Virus record (IMG/VR): IMGVR_UViG_3300024493_000235
Span: 204,443 to 268,442 of that record
Length of the DNA: 64,000 bases
DNA from: a virus
Lineage: Duplodnaviria; Caudoviricetes
Direction: 5' to 3' (one strand)
Each line of letters begins with the position of its first letter. The stretch's first letter is position 1. Of this stretch, positions 37,839 through 47,825 are shown piece by piece. A model generated the notes under the pieces. The model worked only from the letters and a program-made list of their open reading frames with translations, searched no databases and was not told the origin of the DNA. Both the position numbers and the translations under genes were made by a program.

Positions 37839-38222
37839 ATGCCTTCCGACATTGTTGTAGCTATAAAGGATTTAGCTTTACTATGTTTTAAAGAAGAATT
37901 CCCTGATTTTACCATTGAGAAAATTGACATCATGGAGCTTGTTGGAGATACAACTCATTCAAGCGTTGTGGAGTATCACGTTAAAGATGTTGGAGTTGTA
38001 ATGAGAACTATAGGAGTTACAGCTCCATCCATGAAGGATAAACCTGACAAAATACTTTCGCAAAGAACCATCATCGAAGGTTATATGAAGCAAGGATTAT
38101 CCCAACAAGATGCGCAAGAGTTTTACAGAAAACATGCAGGAAAAGGATCGAACGGTTTTATACCGCCTATCGATTGGACGGATAAAGGTGTGCACAGACA
38201 CACCTTTACTATTACGAAATAA
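37839..38222 (+). CDS. Hypothetical protein, paralog family C
   Basis: DLALLCFKEEFP. Confidence 0.7.
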   Translation: MPSDIVVAIKDLALLCFKEEFPDFTIEKIDIMELVGDTTHSSVVEYHVKDVGVVMRTIGVTAPSMKDKPDKILSQRTIIEGYMKQGLSQQDAQEFYRKHAGKGSNGFIPPIDWTDKGVHRHTFTITK

Positions 38223-38242
38223 AAAACTTGAGGAGAATTAAC

Positions 38243-38707
38243 ATGGCAAAGAAAAATGGAAGTACAGTTCCGAAACGTCTGAAAACAGACTATGTAAAGG
38301 TGCCTGAGAAGAGAAAGGTAGCGATTAAGAAGTGCTTGGATTCTGTTATAAAAGAAGACAAAGCAAAAAAGAAAGGAACTCTTGCACAAGAAGAAGCCCA
38401 TGTTATAACACTTGCAAAAGCATTGTTTAAAATGGACTTTCCAACTGTTGCAGTGAGTAAGATTTCAGTTGTCGGGGCGTCATCGCACGGACATGAAACT
38501 TATCCATCTGGTGATAATAAAGCCATTGATATTAAGTTCATAGTCGAATACAAGACAAAGGTTTTGGGCAACGTATATCGCGACATAACTATATCAAGGG
38601 TTTATCACACAAAAGAATATACCCATTCAATATTTATGCATTTGCCTGTATACCTGCCAAAGGAAACAAAGAAATCCAGGTTTCGGGTGACAAAGAATGG
38701 GCAGTGA
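38243..38707 (+). CDS. Hypothetical protein, paralog family C, basic N-terminus
   Basis: VITLAKALFKMDFP...YRDITIS. Confidence 0.7.
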   Translation: MAKKNGSTVPKRLKTDYVKVPEKRKVAIKKCLDSVIKEDKAKKKGTLAQEEAHVITLAKALFKMDFPTVAVSKISVVGASSHGHETYPSGDNKAIDIKFIVEYKTKVLGNVYRDITISRVYHTKEYTHSIFMHLPVYLPKETKKSRFRVTKNGQ

Positions 38708-38999
38708 ACAAGAAACATTCGCTTACGATATCGTAGAAGTTGATAAAAAAGATCCTTTGAATATCGTGAAAGTGCTGTCTGAAACATACTTTGAAAAAGA
38801 ATTTCCTCATCTTACATTAATCGACATTGTCGTAACAGAAGAAAGAGGAAATAACTACAGCATATTCAATATTACATATACTGTGAAAGATCATAAAGAT
38901 GTATATAGGTCTTTATCTTTATCACAGCCGTGTATTTTTAGCGGAGAGAAACAACAGTTTCTTTTAGATCCGCATCATTGCAGCAAACGCAAAAAGTAA
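38697..38999 (+). CDS. Hypothetical protein, paralog family C
   Basis: VLSETYFEKEFP...YRSLSLSQP. Confidence 0.7.
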   Translation: MGSEQETFAYDIVEVDKKDPLNIVKVLSETYFEKEFPHLTLIDIVVTEERGNNYSIFNITYTVKDHKDVYRSLSLSQPCIFSGEKQQFLLDPHHCSKRKK

Positions 39000-39043
39000 T
39001 GGGAGGAACTTTATGGATAAAAAAGACACAAAGGATAATCCCG

Positions 39044-39286
39044 ATGAGTGATCGTGGCGATTTTAATGAAGATGACGACGATGATAGTCAAGATAGCAAC
39101 ATAAAAAATACCATAAAATCCGGTATCTCATTTGGTTGCTGTCTGGCTATTGTCATTTCTTTTGTTTCGTGGAAATCTGTCGGTTGGGCAATTTTTCACG
39201 GGTTATTAAGTTGGGTGTATGTGATATACTATGTAATTACATACACAGGGTTTAACGACGTTTTGGAACAAGCGTTTATAAAATAA
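39044..39286 (+). CDS. Small membrane protein with acidic N-terminus
   Basis: GCCLAIVISFVSWKSVGWAIFHGLLSWVYVIYY; start uncertain. Confidence 0.65.
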   Translation: MSDRGDFNEDDDDDSQDSNIKNTIKSGISFGCCLAIVISFVSWKSVGWAIFHGLLSWVYVIYYVITYTGFNDVLEQAFIK

Positions 39287-39302
39287 TACGGTGTAAATAA
39301 TC

Positions 39303-40034
39303 ATGAGTAATAAGGGAAGACCTGCTATGTATCCTAGAGATGTGGGTTCGGCTTTTGAGTATCCGATTACACTTGAAAGAAAACTCCTCGCCGCTGTAAG
39401 TCGCGGCGATAAAACCGACGCTCTCAAGTGGTACAACGAATTGTTTTCACATTTGAGAACTAAACACAAAGGCGATCTTAGGTATATGAGCCTTTGGGCT
39501 ATGAAACTCATATCGCGTCTTGAGACACAAGGGGTGAATCCAGGAAGCGAAAGCGTCATCAATATATGCAACAAACATTTAATTCGTGTGGACGGCGTAG
39601 AATTTATCACGTCTCTTAATCCTATCATCACCAGTATGATTAAGGAAATGGTCGATCAGGTAGTTACATTTCGCGGTGTAGCACATTCAATTAACCTCAA
39701 GAGAGTTATTGGATATATCAATGAGAATCTTTCGGATAAAATGCCGCTTCGGAAACTTGCCGATATTTCAGGTCTATCAGGTTCATATCTTTCCAGCATC
39801 TTTTATAAAGAAATGGGAGAGACTATCACAAACTACATAAACAGGTTGCGGGTAGAAAGAGCAATGGTGTTACTCGAAACAACAGATATGACATGTACTG
39901 ACATTACAGAAAAGTGTTCTCTTCCTGATCCGAGTTGGTTTTCTAAGGTGTTTAAAAGACATGTCGGTTTAACTCCGACAGAATACCGAAAACAAAAACG
40001 CTGCACCCTCATTCCAAAGAACAAAAAAGGATGA
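39303..40034 (+). CDS. AraC/XylS-family transcription regulator
   Basis: LADISGLSGSYLSSIF...RVERAMVLL...DPSWFSKVFKRHVGLTPTEYR double HTH. Confidence 0.93.
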   Translation: MSNKGRPAMYPRDVGSAFEYPITLERKLLAAVSRGDKTDALKWYNELFSHLRTKHKGDLRYMSLWAMKLISRLETQGVNPGSESVINICNKHLIRVDGVEFITSLNPIITSMIKEMVDQVVTFRGVAHSINLKRVIGYINENLSDKMPLRKLADISGLSGSYLSSIFYKEMGETITNYINRLRVERAMVLLETTDMTCTDITEKCSLPDPSWFSKVFKRHVGLTPTEYRKQKRCTLIPKNKKG

Positions 40035-40037
40035 TAT

Positions 40038-40409
40038 ATGCGAAATAAGCTTATTTGTTGGTTTCACAGTAAAATAAGGAGTTGTAAGTCAAAACGTGAA
40101 GAGATAAAACTGACTTTTGTATTAAAGCGTATCGACTATTATATTTCTCACAATATAGACGGACTTTTTTCTCTTATCGTTATGTATGCGCATCTTCTTT
40201 TTAAAAAGGAGTTTCCTGAAGAACCACTTCGTAGTACCAACATAGATCGTATACAGCAAATTGAGTCTAATCCGGGTGATATTCATCTTTTTGAAACAGA
40301 GATTATCATCCGGCATAACCTTCGTAATGTGAACGGTATAGAACGAGCTTCGGTATATCGAAAAATACGAATCTCAAAACCGTATATTATAAAATTAAAC
40401 GGTGTATAG
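40038..40409 (+). CDS. Hypothetical protein, paralog family C
   Basis: YAHLLFKKEFP...YRKIRISKPY. Confidence 0.7.
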   Translation: MRNKLICWFHSKIRSCKSKREEIKLTFVLKRIDYYISHNIDGLFSLIVMYAHLLFKKEFPEEPLRSTNIDRIQQIESNPGDIHLFETEIIIRHNLRNVNGIERASVYRKIRISKPYIIKLNGV

Positions 40410-40439
40410 CCTAAAGTTGTAATATAAAAGCGATATCCA

Positions 40440-40511
40440 GTCTTCGTGACCGAATGGTTAGGTAGCGCACTGCAAATGCGTTTCATGCAGGTTCAAATCC
40501 TGTCGAAGACT
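40440..40511 (+). tRNA. trnC: tRNA-Cys(GCA), CCA not encoded
   Basis: Acceptor GTCTTCG/CGAAGAC, anticodon arm GCGCA-ctGCAaa-TGCGT, T-arm GCAGG-TTCAAAT-CCTGT, U discriminator. Confidence 0.93.
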
Positions 40512-40535
40512 TATAAATTTTTAAGGAGGTAACAC

Positions 40536-40805
40536 ATGACAACGCGATTTTATTTATGTGATGATATCACAAGAGAACCTACAAAAAATTGCAGATCATA
40601 CCCGCCTGAATTTTTGCAACATGTAATACATAATCAACATAATAAAGGTTCTTTGAATATCGAATTTGGTGAAAGTTTTCATCATATTGGTGAAACTGAT
40701 ACTCACACAATACAAGACAACGATTTGACGATGATTTTAGCAAATGGCAAATTTACTCCGATGCCTTCTGGTATATGGAGTTTCGATTTAAACAATTTGT
40801 GTTAA
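40536..40805 (+). CDS. Hypothetical protein
   Basis: AAGGAGG RBS. Confidence 0.7.
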   Translation: MTTRFYLCDDITREPTKNCRSYPPEFLQHVIHNQHNKGSLNIEFGESFHHIGETDTHTIQDNDLTMILANGKFTPMPSGIWSFDLNNLC

Positions 40806-41710
40806 AAAAGGAGAAATGGATGGACGAACTGCCAAAGGAACTTGCAGACATCGAAAGGAATTATATCCAATGGGGTGTAATAATTGACAATACCGAAAAT
40901 GATGATTCGATATTACTTCGAAGCGCCATGGAAGAAAAAGATATCGTTACAAAGATATTTGAAATGATACCGCAATACGCTGTTTTATTTACATCAGTGG
41001 ATGCAAAAAATTGTATTCCAGGTTGTACAGACAATAAAACTTATACCGTATTTCATAAACATGACGATTCTATTGTCGCAACACTTCACAGATCTACAGA
41101 AAAACGAGAAGGAAAAAATGTCACTCAGTGGACAATATATATGAGAATTAATTATGTGACATCCCATCTTGTTTCCCTTTTAAATGACAAATATCCTAAA
41201 TCTTCGTGCCAGATACATTCTGAAGACATGCTCATCGATTTTGGATTTTTACATCTTGAAGGACAGCCATTTGTCGAAATAGATCCGTCACAAAAATCAA
41301 TAACAATATCAGCTTCGTATATCGTAGATAATATTCTCACGTATGTACGAAGTCTTGATTGTTTTATATTGACACAAGCTCCAACAAAAGAAGTACATCA
41401 AATTGAGGGAAAAAATGTTAGCATTGCAACTTTGCGGTATATCATATACAAAGAAAGTGTAGCTCCTTGTCCTGAAGATGTAAATTCCGAAAAGTTTCCG
41501 CCAAATGAATTACGCATATTTCCAATTCTTGATGTGTCTGTTATATCAAAAGCAGAAGTAAATGCAAGTTTTGATATGATAAGACCTTTGGGTGACATTG
41601 TGAAGGTGTGTAAAAGCGATCATATCGCAAATTACTACCCTGAAAAGCTAAAAGTTTATATCGATAAGCTCGCCGATTCGATTAAACTTCTAGTAGATAA
41701 TCTTCATTAA
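40775..41710 (+). CDS. Hypothetical protein
   Basis: 311-aa ORF; the real start may be downstream at MDELPK. Confidence 0.7.
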   Translation: MEFRFKQFVLKKEKWMDELPKELADIERNYIQWGVIIDNTENDDSILLRSAMEEKDIVTKIFEMIPQYAVLFTSVDAKNCIPGCTDNKTYTVFHKHDDSIVATLHRSTEKREGKNVTQWTIYMRINYVTSHLVSLLNDKYPKSSCQIHSEDMLIDFGFLHLEGQPFVEIDPSQKSITISASYIVDNILTYVRSLDCFILTQAPTKEVHQIEGKNVSIATLRYIIYKESVAPCPEDVNSEKFPPNELRIFPILDVSVISKAEVNASFDMIRPLGDIVKVCKSDHIANYYPEKLKVYIDKLADSIKLLVDNLH

Positions 41711-41816
41711 TAAATATGCCTAGGGAATGTCCCTAGGCATATATTTTTGTCTTTTTTACATAGCTTAAACTTCAAAAGAAGTATACATAATAAATGTAGG
41801 CTATGGGAGGAGAGGT

Positions 41817-42473
41817 ATGAATGATATTGTTGAAACGTCACGTGAAGTAGGAGAAAATATAAAAGATGCAGAAGTTATAGCAAATGGTGACGTTGTAATA
41901 AATGCAATGGCCCTTAACATGACAATGGTTCGTCACGTACAAACTGGAATTCGACATGTGGAATTTGAAAAAGGCCATGTATATGATCGTATGGAGAAGC
42001 TTGCGCTGAAATATTTTAATAATCCGAAAGTGTTATTCGAAAGAACTCGCATTGATATTACAGTGTTTTCAAGTTCTGTAGGATATTTAGAAGAATATCC
42101 TGATTATTATGATAAACGATTTCCAGCGCATGCAAAGGTGGAGATAAACGGACGATACCAAGGGCTTTTGGATATATCAAGAGCAACTCCGCCTTCGTGT
42201 ATTGAAGAAGTGAGGGAATTTATCGCACCAATTGCTGGTATGCATCCCTGTATTAATGATAATGTAAAAAGACACATCGTAGCTTTTGCAAATCATGTGG
42301 TTGGAGAAAATGATGGAAGCGTCATAACCAATTGGAAAAAATTGCGCATTATGTACAGTGTTGTTCATGAGACAAAACTGGCGGGAGGACAAATGTGCGT
42401 GGAGAAAAACAACGTAGAGGATCAGCGAGAAAATACGTCCAGAAACAGATTATTGACAGAAATGAAAACTTAA
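41817..42473 (+). CDS. Hypothetical protein
   Basis: Class I promoter at 41782, GGAGG RBS. Confidence 0.7.
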   Translation: MNDIVETSREVGENIKDAEVIANGDVVINAMALNMTMVRHVQTGIRHVEFEKGHVYDRMEKLALKYFNNPKVLFERTRIDITVFSSSVGYLEEYPDYYDKRFPAHAKVEINGRYQGLLDISRATPPSCIEEVREFIAPIAGMHPCINDNVKRHIVAFANHVVGENDGSVITNWKKLRIMYSVVHETKLAGGQMCVEKNNVEDQRENTSRNRLLTEMKT

Positions 42474-43219
42474 ATGACAAACAAATCTGCGCTAAATTGT
42501 GTAGCATGTTTTCTAAGATGCGTAACAACGGTGTCACAAAATGCATTTATTGCGGCAGAGAAATAATAAAGTGTAAGAAAACACAAATTATGTGCGGATA
42601 TTGTCATATATACCAAGGATACTACGACTTACTCACTATTCCTTTTAGTCTTTTACATTTATATGCAAAACATGTCGACATTCCAAAGGATCTGCTTGTT
42701 GAAATCGAGAAGTATGAAACTGTCGAAGGTTTTACAGCATTGCATAGTGAACTATTAACCCCGATATATAATATTCAGATAAAGAGATCTGAGTTGAAAT
42801 GCAAGTTTTGCGGAAAACTGATAGGGGAAAATAATGCATCACAGGTATCAAGATGGTCGTCACAATTTTGTAGCGAAGTATGTCATCAGCGAAATAAGTT
42901 ATACAAAGACGGAAAAAGAAAATGCATAATTTGTGGAAAAGAAATTCCGTATGGTTCTAAACAAAAAGCTTGTAGCGTAGAATGTAAAAGAATCAGAAGA
43001 AACGAAACGCATAGAGTAATATACGATAGAAATAAACCGATGTATAATAGAATATGCCCAGTTTGTGGCAAAAATTTCGCGACATATTTGAGTCGTTCGA
43101 TGTGTTGTTGTACACACTGCAATCGTCTTTCTATAGACAGAAGAGCTAGGGCTCGAAAAAGAGAAGAGAGATTAAAATCCTTAAACGGAGGGGGAAAATG
43201 GAAAAGAAAAGAGACTTAA
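42395..43219 (+). CDS. Multi-zinc-finger protein, paralog family D
   Basis: Repeated CxxCGK...CSxxC units, basic. Confidence 0.8.
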   Translation: MRGEKQRRGSARKYVQKQIIDRNENLNDKQICAKLCSMFSKMRNNGVTKCIYCGREIIKCKKTQIMCGYCHIYQGYYDLLTIPFSLLHLYAKHVDIPKDLLVEIEKYETVEGFTALHSELLTPIYNIQIKRSELKCKFCGKLIGENNASQVSRWSSQFCSEVCHQRNKLYKDGKRKCIICGKEIPYGSKQKACSVECKRIRRNETHRVIYDRNKPMYNRICPVCGKNFATYLSRSMCCCTHCNRLSIDRRARARKREERLKSLNGGGKWKRKET

Positions 43220-43455
43220 GTAAATACTTAAGCGTATACGAAACGGCCGTACTTCTTCGGGTATCTGAAAGCTATATACGTTTTCAGATAAAAAATTTTA
43301 GCTTTATGCAGCCTTGGAAATCCGCCATAAAAGAGGGAAGAAAAACATACATTCCTAAGTTGGCGATTAAGAAGTATTTGCAAACCATGTTTCGCAATTG
43401 TATGGCAAGCATCGAGAAGGGTGCGAAGAAAAGCTCTAAACGCAAAAGTGTATGA
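43198..43455 (+). CDS. Excisionase-like winged-HTH DNA-binding protein
   Basis: YLSVYETAVLLRVSESYIR...KEGRKTYIPKLAIKKYL. Confidence 0.75.
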   Translation: MEKKRDLSKYLSVYETAVLLRVSESYIRFQIKNFSFMQPWKSAIKEGRKTYIPKLAIKKYLQTMFRNCMASIEKGAKKSSKRKSV

Positions 43456-44204
43456 AAGCGCAGAGGATATTTTTATCTCCAAAAATGGAAGCTTTGTTTC
43501 TTCGAAGAACCGTTGAAAAGGACAAGAAGATAGACAAGCGACATCAGAGATGGAAATTTGAAAAGATGTTTTTCCACGCAAAAATATATGGTACTACAAA
43601 GTGTATATGTTGCGGAAGAAAAATCATAAAGAATACTGATACTCAGAAAATGTGTCTTTATTGTTCGTTTGCATCAAGGGCTTTTAGAGGAGAGAAACCT
43701 CCTAAAATAATTGTACCTGATAAATTCATTGAAATTATGGACACATATCATACAATTGAAGGATATCATGCGTTGCACCGTGATGTGACGCATGATATAT
43801 ACGTCTATTATAAAACCGGAAAGAGGACACGAAAGTGTAAAAATTGTGGTAAAAGACTTGGATTTGACAGAAGACGTGATCTTATGTTTTGCTGCACAAA
43901 ATGTAGTGTATCGTTCTATAGCAAGAAACGTTTTAATGCCGATATCGAAGATATTCATACATGCCCTATATGCAAAAAGCAGTTTAGTGTGTCATTTAAA
44001 AATAGGGTATTCTGTAGCGCAAAATGTAAGATGCATAAATCAAGAGAGACTGGAAGATATCCTGTAGATAGGGTATGTCCAGTATGCGGTAACACTTTCG
44101 AAGCATATCATTATAAGCAAATATACTGTGGAAAAGTGTGTTCGTATACCGCAAGATTAAAACAGCGGAAGATTCAATATGCAAACAGAAAAGCAAAGAA
44201 ATAA
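43452..44204 (+). CDS. Multi-zinc-finger protein, paralog family D
   Basis: Repeated CPxCxxxF...YCxxxC units; shared MDTYHTIEGY segment. Confidence 0.8.
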   Translation: MKAQRIFLSPKMEALFLRRTVEKDKKIDKRHQRWKFEKMFFHAKIYGTTKCICCGRKIIKNTDTQKMCLYCSFASRAFRGEKPPKIIVPDKFIEIMDTYHTIEGYHALHRDVTHDIYVYYKTGKRTRKCKNCGKRLGFDRRRDLMFCCTKCSVSFYSKKRFNADIEDIHTCPICKKQFSVSFKNRVFCSAKCKMHKSRETGRYPVDRVCPVCGNTFEAYHYKQIYCGKVCSYTARLKQRKIQYANRKAKK

Positions 44205-44253
44205 TCTTAACCCTCAAGGAATTCCTTGAGGGTTATTTTTTAAAGGTGGGGCT

Positions 44254-45225
44254 ATGCCAAAAAAAGACTGTACTTTGACAGTACATCTGTCAGAGAAATC
44301 AAAACGAGCGTTCTTTAACAGAATTGTTAATAAAGACAAAAAGAGAACCGCCGCTCAAATTGTAAACAGGTTTGAAAAATTCTTCAGTAGAAAAAGAAGT
44401 TTGGGAACTGCAAAATGTATTTATTGCGGACAAACTATTTTGAAGTCAAATAAAAAGCAATGTATGTGCATATATTGTTATCTTGCAATAGGCCAATATG
44501 AACGATATGAAACACGCAGAACTAAACACATCAATATTCCTCCTGTATTCAAAAAGATAATGGATACATATTTTACAATCGAAGGATACCTGCGATTACA
44601 CAAAAAGTTGCTGCAAGATGCATATAACAGACAAATGGGAAAAGAATCTTTACACTGTAAAATGTGTGGAAAACCTCTAACCGGCAAAAATATCCGGGTA
44701 TCAAGAGAATACTGTTCGGAGCGGTGCTGTCAAAAACATTACAATCTTCGGCGTCAAAAAAAGGCGAAGGAAAAATTTGCTACATGCCTTACTTGCAAAA
44801 AGAAGTTTAAAGTGACTTATCGACATAAAGTGTATTGCAGTGACAAATGCAAAGTCTTTGAAAGCGATACATCCTTCTTAGAAGCTGCTAAAGTGTGCCC
44901 GATATGCGGAGGCGAGTTTAGTAATTCTATATCGCAGAAGAAATACTGTTCAGAAAAGTGTGCGAAAGTTGCTGCGTCAAGGTGCACTCAAAAAAGTCGT
45001 AAGAAACGGCTAAAAGACCCAAAAGTACTTGCAGAATTTCAAAAGCGTCAACGAGAATATCGTAAGAAACGAAACAGTGAAAGAAAACGAGAGATTTTAA
45101 AATCTCTGGGTCCTCGAAAATGTAAGCAGTGTGGAAAGAGGATTCTTAAAAGCGCACATCTACGACAGAAATTTTGTTCCAAAGATTGCAACATGCATCA
45201 TTGGCGCGAGCATCATAAAAGCTAA
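44254..45225 (+). CDS. Multi-zinc-finger protein, paralog family D
   Basis: Five Cys4-type units; shared MDTYFTIEGY segment. Confidence 0.8.
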   Translation: MPKKDCTLTVHLSEKSKRAFFNRIVNKDKKRTAAQIVNRFEKFFSRKRSLGTAKCIYCGQTILKSNKKQCMCIYCYLAIGQYERYETRRTKHINIPPVFKKIMDTYFTIEGYLRLHKKLLQDAYNRQMGKESLHCKMCGKPLTGKNIRVSREYCSERCCQKHYNLRRQKKAKEKFATCLTCKKKFKVTYRHKVYCSDKCKVFESDTSFLEAAKVCPICGGEFSNSISQKKYCSEKCAKVAASRCTQKSRKKRLKDPKVLAEFQKRQREYRKKRNSERKREILKSLGPRKCKQCGKRILKSAHLRQKFCSKDCNMHHWREHHKS

Positions 45226-45309
45226 TCTTGATATGTCAAACCCTCAGGAATCCTGAGGGTTTTATTTTTTTTTAACATTTTATTAAACGAGACGAAAAAG
45301 GAGCAAAAT

Positions 45310-46155
45310 ATGTTTTTTCACACAAAGACAACCGATAACGCAAAACCTGCTATCGTTATAACATTTGAATCAATGGAACCGTCGGAAATATCGTATATAA
45401 AAGACATAGGAGATGGACATATAGAATTTAACGCTTGTCTTCAAAGCGCGGAAATTATAAACCGAAATAACAAATTTTACCCGGCTCCAGTCCTAACAGA
45501 AGCCCTTCAACAACCGAGACTTCAGGAACTTGTGAAGCGAAAAGTATGGTTTGGGGAGATATCCCATCCATACCAAAGAAAAGACTTTCAAAGATCCGTT
45601 GACGTATTACCCGAAAGAGTATCTCATAGGGTATGCGACATTCCAACTCTTAAGGGTAATCTCTTTTGTTCAAGAATTGAAACTGTCGACCCTATGGGAA
45701 AAACGATGGCGTCTTGGTGCAAAAGAGGATCTGTCATGGGATTCTCTATGAGAGGATTAACACCATATGAAGTTACAAAAACTTCTCCTATTGTGCATAA
45801 AGTTGTAAGGTCTCCGATGGTAATTCTTTGTTATGACGCCGTATGGTACAATAGCCATCCTGAAGCTACGATGCAAACTTCTACAATAGAATCCAATTTC
45901 CTTGAATTTGCAAGCCTTAAGAAAACTGAAGAAATTGAGATGACATTCAATGACGTTGCCAAATACATTGCAACTGAATCAAAGAACTTCAAAATCTTTA
46001 CAGAAGAGCTTGGAATTAAACTCGATACTTCAAAGACTGTAAAAGCGGCAAATGTAAAAAATTCTGTCGATGTAGTTTTGGAAGACGGAAGATTGGCTCG
46101 ATTAAGAGTTGAAAACGATATTTTTTTGCAAATAGCGGAAAGTCTTAAAGGGTAA
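45310..46155 (+). CDS. Prohead maturation protease (T4 gp21-like)
   Basis: INRNNKFYP, GEISHP, GFSMRG and YDAVWYNSHPEA; AACA-N6-TA promoter at 45274. Confidence 0.85.
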   Translation: MFFHTKTTDNAKPAIVITFESMEPSEISYIKDIGDGHIEFNACLQSAEIINRNNKFYPAPVLTEALQQPRLQELVKRKVWFGEISHPYQRKDFQRSVDVLPERVSHRVCDIPTLKGNLFCSRIETVDPMGKTMASWCKRGSVMGFSMRGLTPYEVTKTSPIVHKVVRSPMVILCYDAVWYNSHPEATMQTSTIESNFLEFASLKKTEEIEMTFNDVAKYIATESKNFKIFTEELGIKLDTSKTVKAANVKNSVDVVLEDGRLARLRVENDIFLQIAESLKG

Positions 46156-46159
46156 CCGT

Positions 46160-46918
46160 ATGGGACTTACAATGACATCTGCTATACGCAGAGTTCAGCA
46201 GAGAACAGGATTTCCTCGTTTTAAATTAGTCACAGAAGACGAAATAAAGGAGCAAATCGTATCAAACGTTATTCCTGAATTCACACATTACTTTCCATAT
46301 AAGACATACTTTGCGATATATCCATCTCAAGATGCTGTAGACGATCAGAAGTATCCAGGTCTTTTTAAGATAGTTCCGAAAGATTGTGACATATCAAAAA
46401 TATATGATGTCGGAATGTGTTTTGAAGCTGGAAGTCTTGCAGTCGGTGGATATCCAAGAGATGCACTCAGAAATGTATATGGTTCATTCGGTTTTGGAGG
46501 CGGACCTGGTGCTGTTTTGTATGCACAACTTCATGCCAATATTGCAAGTATGACACAAGTTCAACAAATTACATGTGAATACATACAACCGAATCTTGTA
46601 CAGATATATCCTAAAAGGCGCAATTGGGTTGCAGCAGGTCAACAGATTGTTATAGAACTTCTTGTGTATCATTCTGAAGACTTGAAAACCATTCCCAATA
46701 GCTATGAGCAAGAATTTTTGAAAATGGCTGTATTGTATACAAAAGCTCTAATATACGACAAATACAAAGACCTTGATGCCGAAACATATGCAGGACATCA
46801 GGTGAGAACGATGGTGCAAGCATATTCTGATTCCGAAGACAAGATTGAAGATCTCAAAAAAGAGTGGGATGAAGAATATGTATTTAATCCTGACCGTCTC
46901 GATTTTTATGTTGTATAA
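46160..46918 (+). CDS. Putative neck/head-completion protein (T4 gp13-like)
   Basis: Follows the protease; VQIYP, FLKMAVLYTKALIY and KIEDLKKEW layout resembles neck proteins. Confidence 0.5.
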   Translation: MGLTMTSAIRRVQQRTGFPRFKLVTEDEIKEQIVSNVIPEFTHYFPYKTYFAIYPSQDAVDDQKYPGLFKIVPKDCDISKIYDVGMCFEAGSLAVGGYPRDALRNVYGSFGFGGGPGAVLYAQLHANIASMTQVQQITCEYIQPNLVQIYPKRRNWVAAGQQIVIELLVYHSEDLKTIPNSYEQEFLKMAVLYTKALIYDKYKDLDAETYAGHQVRTMVQAYSDSEDKIEDLKKEWDEEYVFNPDRLDFYVV

Positions 46919-46948
46919 TAATTCGGGGCCAGTTTAGGCCCCGAATTA
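46919..46948 (+). terminator. Terminator hairpin
   Basis: TAATTCGGGGCC-agttta-GGCCCCGAATTA. Confidence 0.75.
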
Positions 46949-47087
46949 TATATCTATGATCCGTAACAATGAAAATTATGATTATATATAATATATATGA
47001 GAAATAAGAAATTAAGATTATACTGTTTGGAATCGTCGATTCGTGCAGGTAACAAGTATTTCTTAGAGTATCAAAGGATAAAAAGAT
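46946..47087 (+). promoter_or_regulatory. Conserved promoter plus structured leader element, copy B
   Basis: Ungapped match to 5027-5159 with compensatory stem changes. Confidence 0.85.
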
Positions 47088-47825
47088 ATGGATCCGAAAA
47101 AAGAATTGACTGTTAATAACTTGGAAATAACCACTGAAAAATATGATGAGCCGACACAGAGAAAAAAGTCTGACGGTTGGAAATTCAGGGTATACAATTC
47201 CGAGCTTTTAACAACCTCAAATGTGTGGTTCATTTCCGGGCATAGTGGCTCAGGAAAAACCTCACTAGCAAGTGAACTTGCAAAACGTTTCGGGCGTGAA
47301 AGATTTGAATTGGACTGGTTTGAATCTTTCGACGACGGTTTTACCGACACGAGGAATCCTGGTTACATCGTGCTTAAAGACTTCTATAAGGCAAGAAATC
47401 TTACACCGGAAATTGTAAAAAACACATACGACCATGCGTACGATAAACTCCTTGTTGATCTTATTCAGTATGCAATGATTCATCCGGTTTATAAAGGTAA
47501 GAAAATTATCATCGAGGGTTTGCAATTTATCGCTAAGTTTTATCTTATTTCCAAAATACGTAACGGCGATTTGTACATAAACTATCCTGTTATTATTCTG
47601 GATGTATCGGATGAACAGGCTATGAGTAATGCATACTACAGGCCGAGTAATGGAAAATTGTCGTGGAGTGAATTCGTAAAGGCAAGAAGAAACATGTACA
47701 GAAATTGGGAAAGCGCGTACAGGAGATTCTTGGAACTTGTCAAGAGAGAAAGACTTATTCACATCACAAGATTCTACAGAACTTCAGCATCATTGGATTT
47801 CTTTATAGCTGATTTATCAGTTTAA
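47088..47825 (+). CDS. P-loop kinase-like protein (single-gene unit)
   Basis: ISGHSGSGKTS Walker A, ELD and IIIEG, typical of the nucleoside/nucleotide kinase fold. Confidence 0.7.
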   Translation: MDPKKELTVNNLEITTEKYDEPTQRKKSDGWKFRVYNSELLTTSNVWFISGHSGSGKTSLASELAKRFGRERFELDWFESFDDGFTDTRNPGYIVLKDFYKARNLTPEIVKNTYDHAYDKLLVDLIQYAMIHPVYKGKKIIIEGLQFIAKFYLISKIRNGDLYINYPVIILDVSDEQAMSNAYYRPSNGKLSWSEFVKARRNMYRNWESAYRRFLELVKRERLIHITRFYRTSASLDFFIADLSV

